Part shown: piece by piece, positions 11,961 to 20,273 of the stretch
Layout: each line of letters opens with the position of its first letter
Position numbering within the stretch: the stretch's first letter is position 1
NCBI GenBank assembly: GCA_039586895.1
Contig: JBDHJM010000001.1
Coordinates: 8,882-72,881, forward strand
Direction: 5' to 3'
DNA: 64,000 nt
DNA from: Gemmatimonadota bacterium
GTDB taxonomy: Bacteria; Gemmatimonadota; Gemmatimonadetes; Gemmatimonadales; GWC2-71-9
Notes under the pieces: model-generated
What the model was told of the DNA's origin: nothing
The model's input: the letters and a program-made list of their open reading frames with translations, nothing else
Database searches by the model: none
Translations under genes and position numbers: made by a program

Positions 11961-12754
11961 GGGTGCGGCGCCACATGCCGCGGCGCAGGGACTGGACCGC
12001 ATCAATTCGGCGGTTCGCCCGGCTCCCGCGGCTCAGGCCTCTGCCCGTGCGGCAACGGGTGCTGCTGTGGGTGGGCGGCTTCACCGGCGCGTTCGTGGTT
12101 GGCTACGTGGTAGCGGCGCTGGTGCTGTTCCCCGCTCCGATCTTCGCCAGCGCCACCGGGGTACCCAACCTGCTCGGCATGATGGAGAACGAGGCCGGCG
12201 AGGCGCTCACACAGGCCGGACTGGCATTGGGGGAGGTCGAGGAGACGAGCCATCCGGCTGCCGCGCGTAGGGAAGTGGTGTGGCAGGATCCGCCGCCGGG
12301 TGTGAGGGTGACGCCGCGGGCGGCGGTCAGCATCACGGTGAGCACCGGGCCGCAGCGCGTGCCCGTCCCCGACCTGGTGGGCTACGACGCCGCGCTCGCA
12401 GGCCAGCTGCTCACCGCGGCGGGGCTCACGATACGCGCGCTCGACTCCACGCAGGCGCCGGTTCCGCGCGGCGTGGTGGTCAACACGCGGCCCCCCGCCG
12501 GCGCTCCACTGGTGCCCGGCACAGGCGTGACGCTGGTGGTGAGCGTAGGGGCGCCGACCATCGTGGTGCCCGACCTGGCAGGCCTCACGAGGGCGGAGGC
12601 GGAGTTCGCGTTGGCCGACGTCGGCCTGATCCTCGGAGCATCGGTGCGCCGCACGTCGCAGGCCGCCGAGGCCGGCACCATCATCGAGCAGAGACCCGCC
12701 CCCGGGACGCTGAGCGCGCCCGGCACGGCGGTGAACGTAACCGTGGCCCGCTGA
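11957..12754 (+). CDS. Membrane-anchored PASTA-domain protein (3 PASTA repeats, no kinase domain)
   Basis: Short basic N-tail and one TM (LLWVGGFTGAFVVGYVVAALVLF). Three repeats of the form VP(N/D)L.G....A...L...GL....V.......G.V..Q.P..G. ATGA overlap with rsmB. Confidence 0.85.
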   Translation: MRVRRHMPRRRDWTASIRRFARLPRLRPLPVRQRVLLWVGGFTGAFVVGYVVAALVLFPAPIFASATGVPNLLGMMENEAGEALTQAGLALGEVEETSHPAAARREVVWQDPPPGVRVTPRAAVSITVSTGPQRVPVPDLVGYDAALAGQLLTAAGLTIRALDSTQAPVPRGVVVNTRPPAGAPLVPGTGVTLVVSVGAPTIVVPDLAGLTRAEAEFALADVGLILGASVRRTSQAAEAGTIIEQRPAPGTLSAPGTAVNVTVAR

Positions 12755-12774
12755 GCGGGCCCTCGAGGGAGGCT

Positions 12775-13446
12775 ATGAAGCGCGGAATCCGGATTGCACC
12801 GAGCGTGTTGAGCGCCGACCTGGCCAAGCTGGCGGACGATGTCGCGGCCGTGGAGGAAGCGGGCGCCGACTGGATCCACGTTGATGTGATGGACGGGCAC
12901 TTCGTGCCCAACCTCACGTTCGGCGCCGGGCTGGTGGAGGCGCTGCGCCGCATCACCGACCTGCCGCTCGACGTGCACCTCATGGTGCAGCGTCCCGAGT
13001 GGTACATAGCACCGTTCGCGGAGGCTGGAGCCAATCTGTTCACGCTCCATCCGGAGACCACGGCCCACTTGCAGCGCCAGCTCGCGCAGGTGCGGGCCTG
13101 CGGCATGCAGGCGGGCGTAGCGCTGAACCCGGGCACGCCCCTCACGCTTATCGAGGAGGTGGTGGGCGACATCGACCTGCTGCTGATCATGACCGTGAAC
13201 CCCGGCTTCCCGGCACAGAAGTACATTGAGTCGATGACACCGAAGATCGAGCGCGCGCGCCAGCTGCTGGCCCGGCGCGGCAGCCATGCATACCTCGAGG
13301 TGGACGGAGGGATCTCGCGCGACACGATCCTGGAGGCGCACCAGGCAGGCGCCGACACGTTCGTGGCCGGATCGGCGATCTTCAAGGCGGACGACCCGGG
13401 GCGGGCGGTCCAGGAACTACGCAAACGCTGTATGGCAGTGGTGTGA
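12775..13446 (+). CDS. rpe: Ribulose-phosphate 3-epimerase
   Basis: IAPSVLSAD...HVDVMDGHFVPNLTFG...DVHLMV...MTVNPGF..Q...VDGG. Confidence 0.95.
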   Translation: MKRGIRIAPSVLSADLAKLADDVAAVEEAGADWIHVDVMDGHFVPNLTFGAGLVEALRRITDLPLDVHLMVQRPEWYIAPFAEAGANLFTLHPETTAHLQRQLAQVRACGMQAGVALNPGTPLTLIEEVVGDIDLLLIMTVNPGFPAQKYIESMTPKIERARQLLARRGSHAYLEVDGGISRDTILEAHQAGADTFVAGSAIFKADDPGRAVQELRKRCMAVV

Positions 13447-13447
13447 T

Positions 13448-14011
13448 ATGACGCAGAGAGGACAGTGGCTCGTCGTGCTGGTGATCGTCGGCATCATAGT
13501 CGGCGGCGTGATCGCGGGCATGGCGGTGACTCCCGCGCTCCAGCCGGTGGGAGTGCAGAGCGAGGCCCCGGGATTCGAGGCCATGGACATCGCCACGGGC
13601 GACACGGTCGCGCTGGACGCGTTCGAAGGCGAGGTGGTGCTGCTCAACATCTGGGCGACCTGGTGCGTGCCGTGCGAGACGGAGATGCCGTCCATCCAGC
13701 GGCTGCACGACCAGATGGGACCCGAGGGGCTCAAGGTGCTGGCCGTGAGCGTGGACAACGCGAGCACGGAGAGCGTGATCGAGTGGATCGAAGAGCGCGA
13801 CCTCACGTTCCAGGTGCTGCACGACGAGAGCGGTGCCATCCAGCGCAGGTATCAGACCACTGGAGTGCCCGAGACCTTCGTGATCGACAGGGATGGCGTG
13901 ATCGTGAAGAAGATCATCGGGGCGGCTGAATGGGACCATCCGGTGCAGATCACGCTGATCCGCCGATTGCTCGGAGGAACGGACGACGACCTGGCAGAAT
14001 CTGGCACGTAA
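13448..14011 (+). CDS. TlpA/ResA-like periplasmic thiol:disulfide oxidoreductase
   Basis: N-terminal TM anchor. LLNIWATWCVPCETEMP (WCxxC) and ...GVPETFVIDRDG. Confidence 0.85.
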   Translation: MTQRGQWLVVLVIVGIIVGGVIAGMAVTPALQPVGVQSEAPGFEAMDIATGDTVALDAFEGEVVLLNIWATWCVPCETEMPSIQRLHDQMGPEGLKVLAVSVDNASTESVIEWIEERDLTFQVLHDESGAIQRRYQTTGVPETFVIDRDGVIVKKIIGAAEWDHPVQITLIRRLLGGTDDDLAESGT

Positions 14012-14042
14012 GCTCCGCGACGGGCTCGTCACGAACTGGCCC

Positions 14043-14927
14043 ATGAAGATCGCAGCCATAGTACTGGCGGCGATCCTGTGGGCCGCGACTGCTGCGCAGG
14101 AGCCGGCGACCCAGCTGGTGCCGGTGCGGCTGGAGGTGACGCCGCCCGAGGGCCGGGCGCTCGCATCGGCGCTGCCCCAGGTCCAGGCGCTCTACGCCGG
14201 CCGCGCGCGGGAGCTGATCAAGCTGTACGCGCAGGTGCCGGTGATCCACAAGCAGCTCCCCGACACGGTCAGCGGCTCGCAGTACACCCTGGAGCTCTCG
14301 CTCGCCGACCTGCTGCTGGTGCAGGACGCCAACGTGACCGCGCAGGCAATCGAGCCGCGCGTGATAGAGGTCAGCCTGGACGCGGTCTTCACGCGCACCG
14401 TTCCCGTAGTGCCGCGCGTATCGGTGACGCCGGACTCCGGCTACGAGCAGTTCGGCGCCGTGGGCGTAGTCCCCGGATCCGTCACCGTGCGCGGCCCGCG
14501 CGAGCCGGTGCAGGCCGTGAGCGAGCTGTCCACGGTGCCGCTCGAGCTGCTCGACGTCACCGAGCCCGTGACGCGCACCGTGCCGATCGACACGACCGAG
14601 CTGGGCATCCTGCGTGTCTCCGCCACGGAGGTCGAGATCTCGGTAGACGTCGGTGCGGTTTCCGACCGCGTCATCCAGGGCGTGCCGGTGGTGATCCGCT
14701 CCGCCCGCGGCGGAGCCTGGATAAGCGACCCGCCCGCCGTGATGGTCGCGGTCAGGGGCCGCGCCAGCCGAATCGACGCACTCGATCGCGACTCCATCCA
14801 GGTCGTGGCGGAGATCAGCGGGGTGCAGCGCCGCGTGGTGGTGCAGCTCGAGGTGATCCCCCCGGCGGGAATGGCCGCGGTCGTGACACCCGACTCCGCA
14901 GTAGTCCGTCGATCCACCCGTGAGTGA
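14043..14927 (+). CDS. YbbR-domain protein (CdaR-like)
   Basis: Signal/anchor followed by repeated beta-rich V..V.V.....G units typical of YbbR repeats. No cdaA next to it. Confidence 0.8.
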   Translation: MKIAAIVLAAILWAATAAQEPATQLVPVRLEVTPPEGRALASALPQVQALYAGRARELIKLYAQVPVIHKQLPDTVSGSQYTLELSLADLLLVQDANVTAQAIEPRVIEVSLDAVFTRTVPVVPRVSVTPDSGYEQFGAVGVVPGSVTVRGPREPVQAVSELSTVPLELLDVTEPVTRTVPIDTTELGILRVSATEVEISVDVGAVSDRVIQGVPVVIRSARGGAWISDPPAVMVAVRGRASRIDALDRDSIQVVAEISGVQRRVVVQLEVIPPAGMAAVVTPDSAVVRRSTRE

Positions 14928-15960
14928 CGTAGTCCTGGGCATCGAGACGTCGTGCGACGAAACGTCGGCGGCGGTTCTCGTGCGCAACGGACGTGGACCG
15001 GAGCTGGCCAGCCTGGTGATCCTCTCTCAGGACGTCCACGCGGTGTTCGGCGGCGTGGTGCCGGAGCTCGCGAGCCGTGCGCACCTGCAAGCCATCGGTC
15101 CCGTGGTGGACCGAGCCCTGGCCGAGGCCGGCGTGCCGCTGGACGCAGTGGACGCGGTGGCCGTCACGGCCGGACCGGGACTCATCGGCTCCCTGCTGGT
15201 GGGGCTGTGCTACGCCAAGGCCCTCGCGGGCGCGGGGGGCAAGGACCTCATCGGAGTGCATCACCTCGAGGGACACGTGTTCGCGCCCACACTTGAGGAC
15301 CCCGACCTGGAGCCGCCCTTCGTCGCGCTCATCGTGTCGGGGGGCCACACCCTGCTGCTCGACGTACCCGAGTGGGGCCGCTACCGCCTGCTGGGCGAGA
15401 CGCGTGACGACGCTGCGGGGGAGGCGTTCGACAAGGTGGCCAGCATGCTGGAGCTGGGTTACCCCGGCGGACCCGCCATCGAGCGGCTCGCGCAGTCGGG
15501 CAGCGACCGGCTGGAGCTGCCGCGGCCCATGCTGAAGCAGGGCTTCGACTTCTCCTTCAGCGGACTCAAGACCGCGGTGCTGCACAAAGTGCGCGCGACA
15601 CCGGACCTCGAGGCGGAGCGAGCCGACATCGCGGCGTCGTTTCAGCAGGCCGTGTTCGATGTGCTCGCCGCCAAGACGCAGCGCGCTCTCGAGCACACCG
15701 GCTACGGCACCGCCTTGCTGGGCGGTGGAGTGGCGTGCAGCCGCACGCTCGCGGCGCAGATGGCCGAGCGTCTGCGCGGCGCGGCGCGCGTCGCGGTTGC
15801 CGGTCCCCGCCTCAACACCGACAACGCGGCTATGATCGCCCGCGCCGGCTGGTTCCACCTCGAGCGCGGCGAGCGCAGCGACCTCTCGCTCGATGCCGAG
15901 TCGCGGCTGGCCTGGCCCGGCCTGGAGCGCGGCAGCATCCCACAACCCTCACGAGGCTGA
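14920..15960 (+). CDS. tsaD: tRNA N6-adenosine threonylcarbamoyltransferase
   Basis: VLGIETSCDETSAAV...VHHLEGH...GGVACS... Confidence 0.95.
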   Translation: MSDVVLGIETSCDETSAAVLVRNGRGPELASLVILSQDVHAVFGGVVPELASRAHLQAIGPVVDRALAEAGVPLDAVDAVAVTAGPGLIGSLLVGLCYAKALAGAGGKDLIGVHHLEGHVFAPTLEDPDLEPPFVALIVSGGHTLLLDVPEWGRYRLLGETRDDAAGEAFDKVASMLELGYPGGPAIERLAQSGSDRLELPRPMLKQGFDFSFSGLKTAVLHKVRATPDLEAERADIAASFQQAVFDVLAAKTQRALEHTGYGTALLGGGVACSRTLAAQMAERLRGAARVAVAGPRLNTDNAAMIARAGWFHLERGERSDLSLDAESRLAWPGLERGSIPQPSRG

Positions 15961-15968
15961 CACACGCG

Positions 15969-16817
15969 ATGACCGTATACCCGCTGACCTTCCACCTTGG
16001 ACCGCTGGAGATCACCGGCTTCGGCATAATGGTGATGCTGGGCTTCCTGATGGGCGGTTGGGTGTACGCTCAGCAGCTGCGCGAGAAGGGCCTCAACGAG
16101 CAGTTCGCCTGGGACGTCGTGGTTGCCGCGGTCATCGGAGGCATCCTGGGCGCCAAGCTGTGGTACTGGGGGCTGCACCGCACTTGGGACTCACTGTTCA
16201 GCCGCGCCGGGCTCGTGTGGTACGGCGGCCTGATCGGCGGCATCCTGGCGGTGTGGATCGTGAGCCGCATGCGGAAGGTCCCACTGCGCTACACGCTGCA
16301 GCTCGTGGCCCCTGCCTGTGCCGTGGGCTACGCCCTGGGCCGCGTGGGGTGCTTCCTGGTGCAGGACGACTACGGGATCCCGACCGCGCTGCCCTGGGGC
16401 ATGAAGTTCCCCGAGGGACTGCCTCCCTCGACCGCCGGCAACCTGGCGGCATGGGGCGTCGAGATACCGGCGGGGACGAGCCCGCTCGAAGTGCTGGCGG
16501 TGCACCCGACGCAGCTCTACGAGGTCGGGCTGATGCTGCTCGTGTTCTGGATCCTGTGGCGCATCCGCCACCGGGCGCACGCTGCCGGATGGCTGTTCGG
16601 GGCCTACATGGTGTTCTACGCGATCGAGCGGTTCCTGGTGGAGTTCGTGCGCGCCAAGGACGACCGTGTGCTCCTGGACGGCACGTTCACCATAGCGCAG
16701 GCCACGAGCGTGGCCCTGATCCTGGCCGGTGCTGCGATGTGGTGGTATTTCCGGGAGCCGGACGACTTCGATCCCGCGAGTATCGACGCGCTGAAGCCGG
16801 TTCCTCAGACAACCTAG
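15969..16817 (+). CDS. lgt: Prolipoprotein diacylglyceryl transferase
   Basis: ...GFGIMVMLGF...WYGGLIGG...LGRVGCF...HPTQLYE...ERF.VEF.R. ATG at 15969. Confidence 0.93.
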   Translation: MTVYPLTFHLGPLEITGFGIMVMLGFLMGGWVYAQQLREKGLNEQFAWDVVVAAVIGGILGAKLWYWGLHRTWDSLFSRAGLVWYGGLIGGILAVWIVSRMRKVPLRYTLQLVAPACAVGYALGRVGCFLVQDDYGIPTALPWGMKFPEGLPPSTAGNLAAWGVEIPAGTSPLEVLAVHPTQLYEVGLMLLVFWILWRIRHRAHAAGWLFGAYMVFYAIERFLVEFVRAKDDRVLLDGTFTIAQATSVALILAGAAMWWYFREPDDFDPASIDALKPVPQTT

Positions 16818-17641
16818 AGCACCGCCCTCATCTCCGCGGCGGTCTGCCACCGCTCGTCGCGGGGGTTGCGCAGGGCTCTGTCGAGCGCCGCGGCAAGTGT
16901 ATCGGGCGTGTCCCGCCGCAGCTTCATGATGTCCGGGATCTTCCCTTCCAGGTGGAGCCGCAGTACCGCTTCCTCGCGCGGCGCCCAGAACGGCGGACGT
17001 CCCGCCAGGCACTCGAACAGGACGCAGCCCAGGGAGTAGATGTCGCTGCGGTGGTCGATGTCCTCGGCCCCCTCAACCTGCTCGGGACTCATGTACGCCG
17101 ACGTGCCCACGGCAAACCCCGAGCGGGTGAGCCGGTCGGTCCCCGACTCGGCTACCGCGCGCGCGATCCCGAAGTCCAGCAGCACCGCTCCTTCGCGCGA
17201 CAGCACGATGTTCTCCGGCTTCACGTCGCGGTGCACGATGTTCTTCGAGTGCGCGTACTCGAGTGCGTCCAGCAGGTTGTGCGCTATGTGGAGGGTGTCG
17301 GAGACGGAGGCCTGCTTCACACGGCCGAGATGCTCCCGCAGCGTGGGGCCCTCCAGGTACGGCATCACGTAGAAGACGAGCCAGTCTTCCTCGCCGAAAT
17401 CGAGCAGTCGTCCGATCCGCGGGTGGTCGATGTCCTTGAGGAAGGCGATCTCGCGCAGGAAACGGTCGGCGGTTACGGAAACGGCGAGCTGGGGATGGAG
17501 CACCTTGAGGGCAACGGGATTGCCGGCCGGGTCGTAGGCCATGAACACCCGCGCGGCTCCGCCCCGCGCCAGCTCCCGCTCGACGTTGTAGCGGTCGGCC
17601 AGTGCTTCTTTGACCTGCGGCAGCAGCTCGCGTCGTCGGAT
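16814..17641 (-). CDS. Stand-alone Ser/Thr protein kinase catalytic domain (start codon non-canonical or uncertain)
   Basis: VALKVL, HRDVKPENIVL, DFGIA and SPEQ motifs. The first canonical start is GTG 17548, which lies after the Gly-rich loop. Kinase homology (ADRYNVERELARGGAARVF) continues upstream to an in-frame stop at 17675-17677. An ATC at 17639-17641 has GGGGAG 6 nt upstream. Confidence 0.8.
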   Translation of the reverse strand: MRRRELLPQVKEALADRYNVERELARGGAARVFMAYDPAGNPVALKVLHPQLAVSVTADRFLREIAFLKDIDHPRIGRLLDFGEEDWLVFYVMPYLEGPTLREHLGRVKQASVSDTLHIAHNLLDALEYAHSKNIVHRDVKPENIVLSREGAVLLDFGIARAVAESGTDRLTRSGFAVGTSAYMSPEQVEGAEDIDHRSDIYSLGCVLFECLAGRPPFWAPREEAVLRLHLEGKIPDIMKLRRDTPDTLAAALDRALRNPRDERWQTAAEMRAVL

Positions 17642-17868
17642 AGGGCGCTCCCCGTTCGCGTTTCGCGATGTACGTCAGGCCAATGTCGTGCCCGGGAGGC
17701 CCCTGAGCAAGGGAGCTGCCTGCCGGTCCGGGCGCCCGACGCTCACCCCACGGCAGGCCCCCAAACCCTTGCCCGGCAAAGAATTGACTTAAGCCAGCCG
17801 GGAGTTGTCCGGCGGCTGCTCCCCGTCCTCTAGCTTCGCCCCTCAACAAGACACGGTGGAGGTCCACG

Positions 17869-17997
17869 ATGTCGGGTGAGCAGAAACGGAAGAACTTCCC
17901 CCTCACTCCCACCCAGAACCTCAAGTTCGGCGCTCTGTTCACGGCTCTGGCACTGGGTCTCGCGATGGCCGTGAGCGGCGGCTCGATGCCGTTCTAG
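17869..17997 (+). CDS. Candidate 42-aa single-pass membrane peptide
   Basis: GGTGGAGG 5 nt upstream of ATG 17869. Translation MSGEQKRKNFPLTPTQNLKFGALFTALALGLAMAVSGGSMPF. Third positions are mostly G/C. Its TAG shares a CTAG with the convergent regulator gene. Confidence 0.4.
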   Translation: MSGEQKRKNFPLTPTQNLKFGALFTALALGLAMAVSGGSMPF

Positions 17998-20177
17998 CCG
18001 CCGGAATCGGCGCCGCCCGCGAGCTCCCGGCGCACGGCGTCGAGCGCCTCCTGACGTCCCGGATCCATCTCGGCCTCCATGCGCTCGGCGGCGAACAGCG
18101 CGCGGCGCGCGGTTCGCACCGATTCGGCCTGCAGCGCTGCGCGGGCGGTCTCGATGGCCTCGTCGAACACCGCCTCGCCGGTGCCGACCTTGGCGCTCAA
18201 CTCCACCCGCAGCACGCGAGCCTCCAGGTCGGTGCGTGCAGCCAATTCCTGCACCGCGCGGCTCCGCAGGCGCTGCCGCTGCCCGCGCGTGAGGCCCTCG
18301 CTGCGAATCACCTGCGGAATCAATGCCGCGTGGAACGCGTACCTGGTCCCGTCGTGCACCACGAGGCGGCGCTGCTCCAGCCCGTCCAGGATCTCCTCCA
18401 CCCGCTCGACAGGCAGCTCCGCCAGCGCCGCCACGAGCGGAACGTCGAGCGCTACGCCGGTCACGCTGGCCGCCTTCAGCACGGTCTGGCTGTCCTGGTC
18501 CATGTCGGCCAGGCGCGCGACCACCGCCATGTTGGCGAGCTGCGGCATGGTGAACGGCAGGGGGCTCTCCATGGTCGCGGACTCTGCGGGCCACGACACC
18601 AGATCCTCCTTGAGCGTCGTGGTGCGGTCGAGTCCCCGCAGCAGGGTGACGGCGTAAAGCGCGTTCCCGCCCGCCTCGAAGGTGAGGCGGCGAGCCAGGC
18701 GATCAACCTGCTCCGGCTCTTCGCACCAGGGAGCCAGCGCGGCGACCATCTCGCGCATCTCCTCGAGCTCGAGCGGATCGAGGCGCACTGCGGCACCGCG
18801 TAGACCGCGCCCGACCTCGCCCATCAGTCGCAGCAGCTCGCGCGGCACCTGCTCCGCAGACGGGTCCAGCGCCAGCACGAGCACCACTCGAGCGTCGCCC
18901 AGTCCCCTCACTGCGGCTCCCAGGGCGCCGATGGTGTGACCGTCGGCCAGGTGCGCACCGTCCAGCAGGACGCCCACCGGCTGCTCGTCGGCGACCGCAC
19001 CGAGCAGCGACTGCAGTGCAGCCGCAACCTCGCCCGAGTCCCGCACCTCCACCGGGTCGAACCGCTCGGCCAGCTCGGGCACGATCCCGGCGAGCACTCC
19101 GAGTCCGCGCGAATCCGCGCCCGCAACACCGGGCAGCCGCGTCAGCCCAGATCGAGCCAGCAGCCGCAGGGTGCTCCACGGCGCGTCGTGATCGCTCTCC
19201 AGAGCACGCGCGACCGCAGTGACCGCACCTGCGAGCGTGAGCCGCTCGGCGCACTCGCTCACGAGCCGGCTCTTGCCCATGCCCGGCTCGCCCGAGATCA
19301 CCAGACAGCGCGCACCGCTCTTGATTCCTTCCTCGAGCGTTCCGAAGGCGGCGGCGTGGGTCGACTTGCGGCCCAACAGAGGAGGCTCCGCTTCACTGGC
19401 CTGCACCGACGCACGCTGCCACCGGCTGCTCCGGATCCGCTCGGCCAGGGACTGCAGCTCCCGGCCGGGCTCCTCTCCGATGTCCTCGCGCAGCCGTTCG
19501 CGGAACCGGTGATAGGCAGACAGCGCTTCAGCCGCGTCGCCTGACAGGGCTGCGGCGCGCATCAGCAGGCTCGCCGACATCTCGGACGAGGGATTCAGCT
19601 GCAGCGCCCGCCCCGCGGCTTCGCGGGCCGCGCGGAAGCGGCTCTCCCCCAGCGCGGCCTCGCCCTGGCGCAGCAACAGCTCCACCCCCGACGAGCCGTA
19701 CCGGGTGCGCCTCGCCGCCGCCCAGTCCTCGAAGGCGGGCGCGTCGTCCAGCGTGAAGCCCTCCAGGAAATCTCCCCTCAGCAGGGCGAGGGCCGCTGCG
19801 GGATCGCGCTCCGCCAGCGCTCCGAACTTCACCGCGTCCACGTCGAGGCCGGTGTCTTCGAGGCGGACGGTTTCGCCTTCGGAGACGAGACGCCCGGAGC
19901 CGAGTCCGGCGCGCAGCCTGCGCACGGCCTCGTTCAGCGAGTGCCGGGCCTTGTCCTGTGTCTTCTCGGGCCAGAGGAGGCCCAGCAGGTGGTCCCGCGA
20001 GCGGGTGCGATCCGGCGAAAGAGCGAGGTACACGAGCAGCGCGAGGTGCTTGCGCCACAGCACGTCGGCCGGTGGGTCGCCGCCGTCCACACGAGCCGTG
20101 GGCGGACCGAAACAGATGAGTGCGAGACGCGGAATCGTATCTGGCATGGCGGCAAAGAGGTACGACTCGCTTAGCAT
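17994..20177 (-). CDS. AfsR/SARP-type regulator: winged-helix + BTAD + P-loop (STAND-like) NTPase + helical C-domain
   Basis: ...LLVYLALSPDRTRSRDHLLGLLWPEK...ARHSLNEAVRRLR (wHTH). BTAD helices (...LLMRAAALSGDAAEALSAYHRFRERLREDIGEEPGRELQSLAERI). Walker A ISGEPGMGKSRL. ATG 20147 is an alternative start. Confidence 0.85.
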   Translation of the reverse strand: MLSESYLFAAMPDTIPRLALICFGPPTARVDGGDPPADVLWRKHLALLVYLALSPDRTRSRDHLLGLLWPEKTQDKARHSLNEAVRRLRAGLGSGRLVSEGETVRLEDTGLDVDAVKFGALAERDPAAALALLRGDFLEGFTLDDAPAFEDWAAARRTRYGSSGVELLLRQGEAALGESRFRAAREAAGRALQLNPSSEMSASLLMRAAALSGDAAEALSAYHRFRERLREDIGEEPGRELQSLAERIRSSRWQRASVQASEAEPPLLGRKSTHAAAFGTLEEGIKSGARCLVISGEPGMGKSRLVSECAERLTLAGAVTAVARALESDHDAPWSTLRLLARSGLTRLPGVAGADSRGLGVLAGIVPELAERFDPVEVRDSGEVAAALQSLLGAVADEQPVGVLLDGAHLADGHTIGALGAAVRGLGDARVVLVLALDPSAEQVPRELLRLMGEVGRGLRGAAVRLDPLELEEMREMVAALAPWCEEPEQVDRLARRLTFEAGGNALYAVTLLRGLDRTTTLKEDLVSWPAESATMESPLPFTMPQLANMAVVARLADMDQDSQTVLKAASVTGVALDVPLVAALAELPVERVEEILDGLEQRRLVVHDGTRYAFHAALIPQVIRSEGLTRGQRQRLRSRAVQELAARTDLEARVLRVELSAKVGTGEAVFDEAIETARAALQAESVRTARRALFAAERMEAEMDPGRQEALDAVRRELAGGADSGG

Positions 20178-20247
20178 ACGGCGCGCCGGGCCGGCGGGCT
20201 AGGTGGGACTGCGATCTATTCGACGCTGAGCCGACGCAACGGGCCAA

Positions 20248-20273
20248 CGCAGCTGGTCACCGCAGCTGGCCAC
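20248..20273. repeat. Tandem 13-nt direct repeat CGCAGCTGG(T/C)CAC x2, each containing a CAGCTG palindrome
   Basis: Read directly at 20248-20260 and 20261-20273. Lies in the 107-nt spacer upstream (on the minus strand) of the SARP-type gene. Confidence 0.6.

Noticed and set aside
17073-17942. 289-aa minus-strand ORF as a possible N-terminal extension of the kinase or an independent gene
   Set aside because: It is in a different frame from the kinase domain, has a low-complexity composition, and runs antisense through the better-supported small ORF at 17869-17997.
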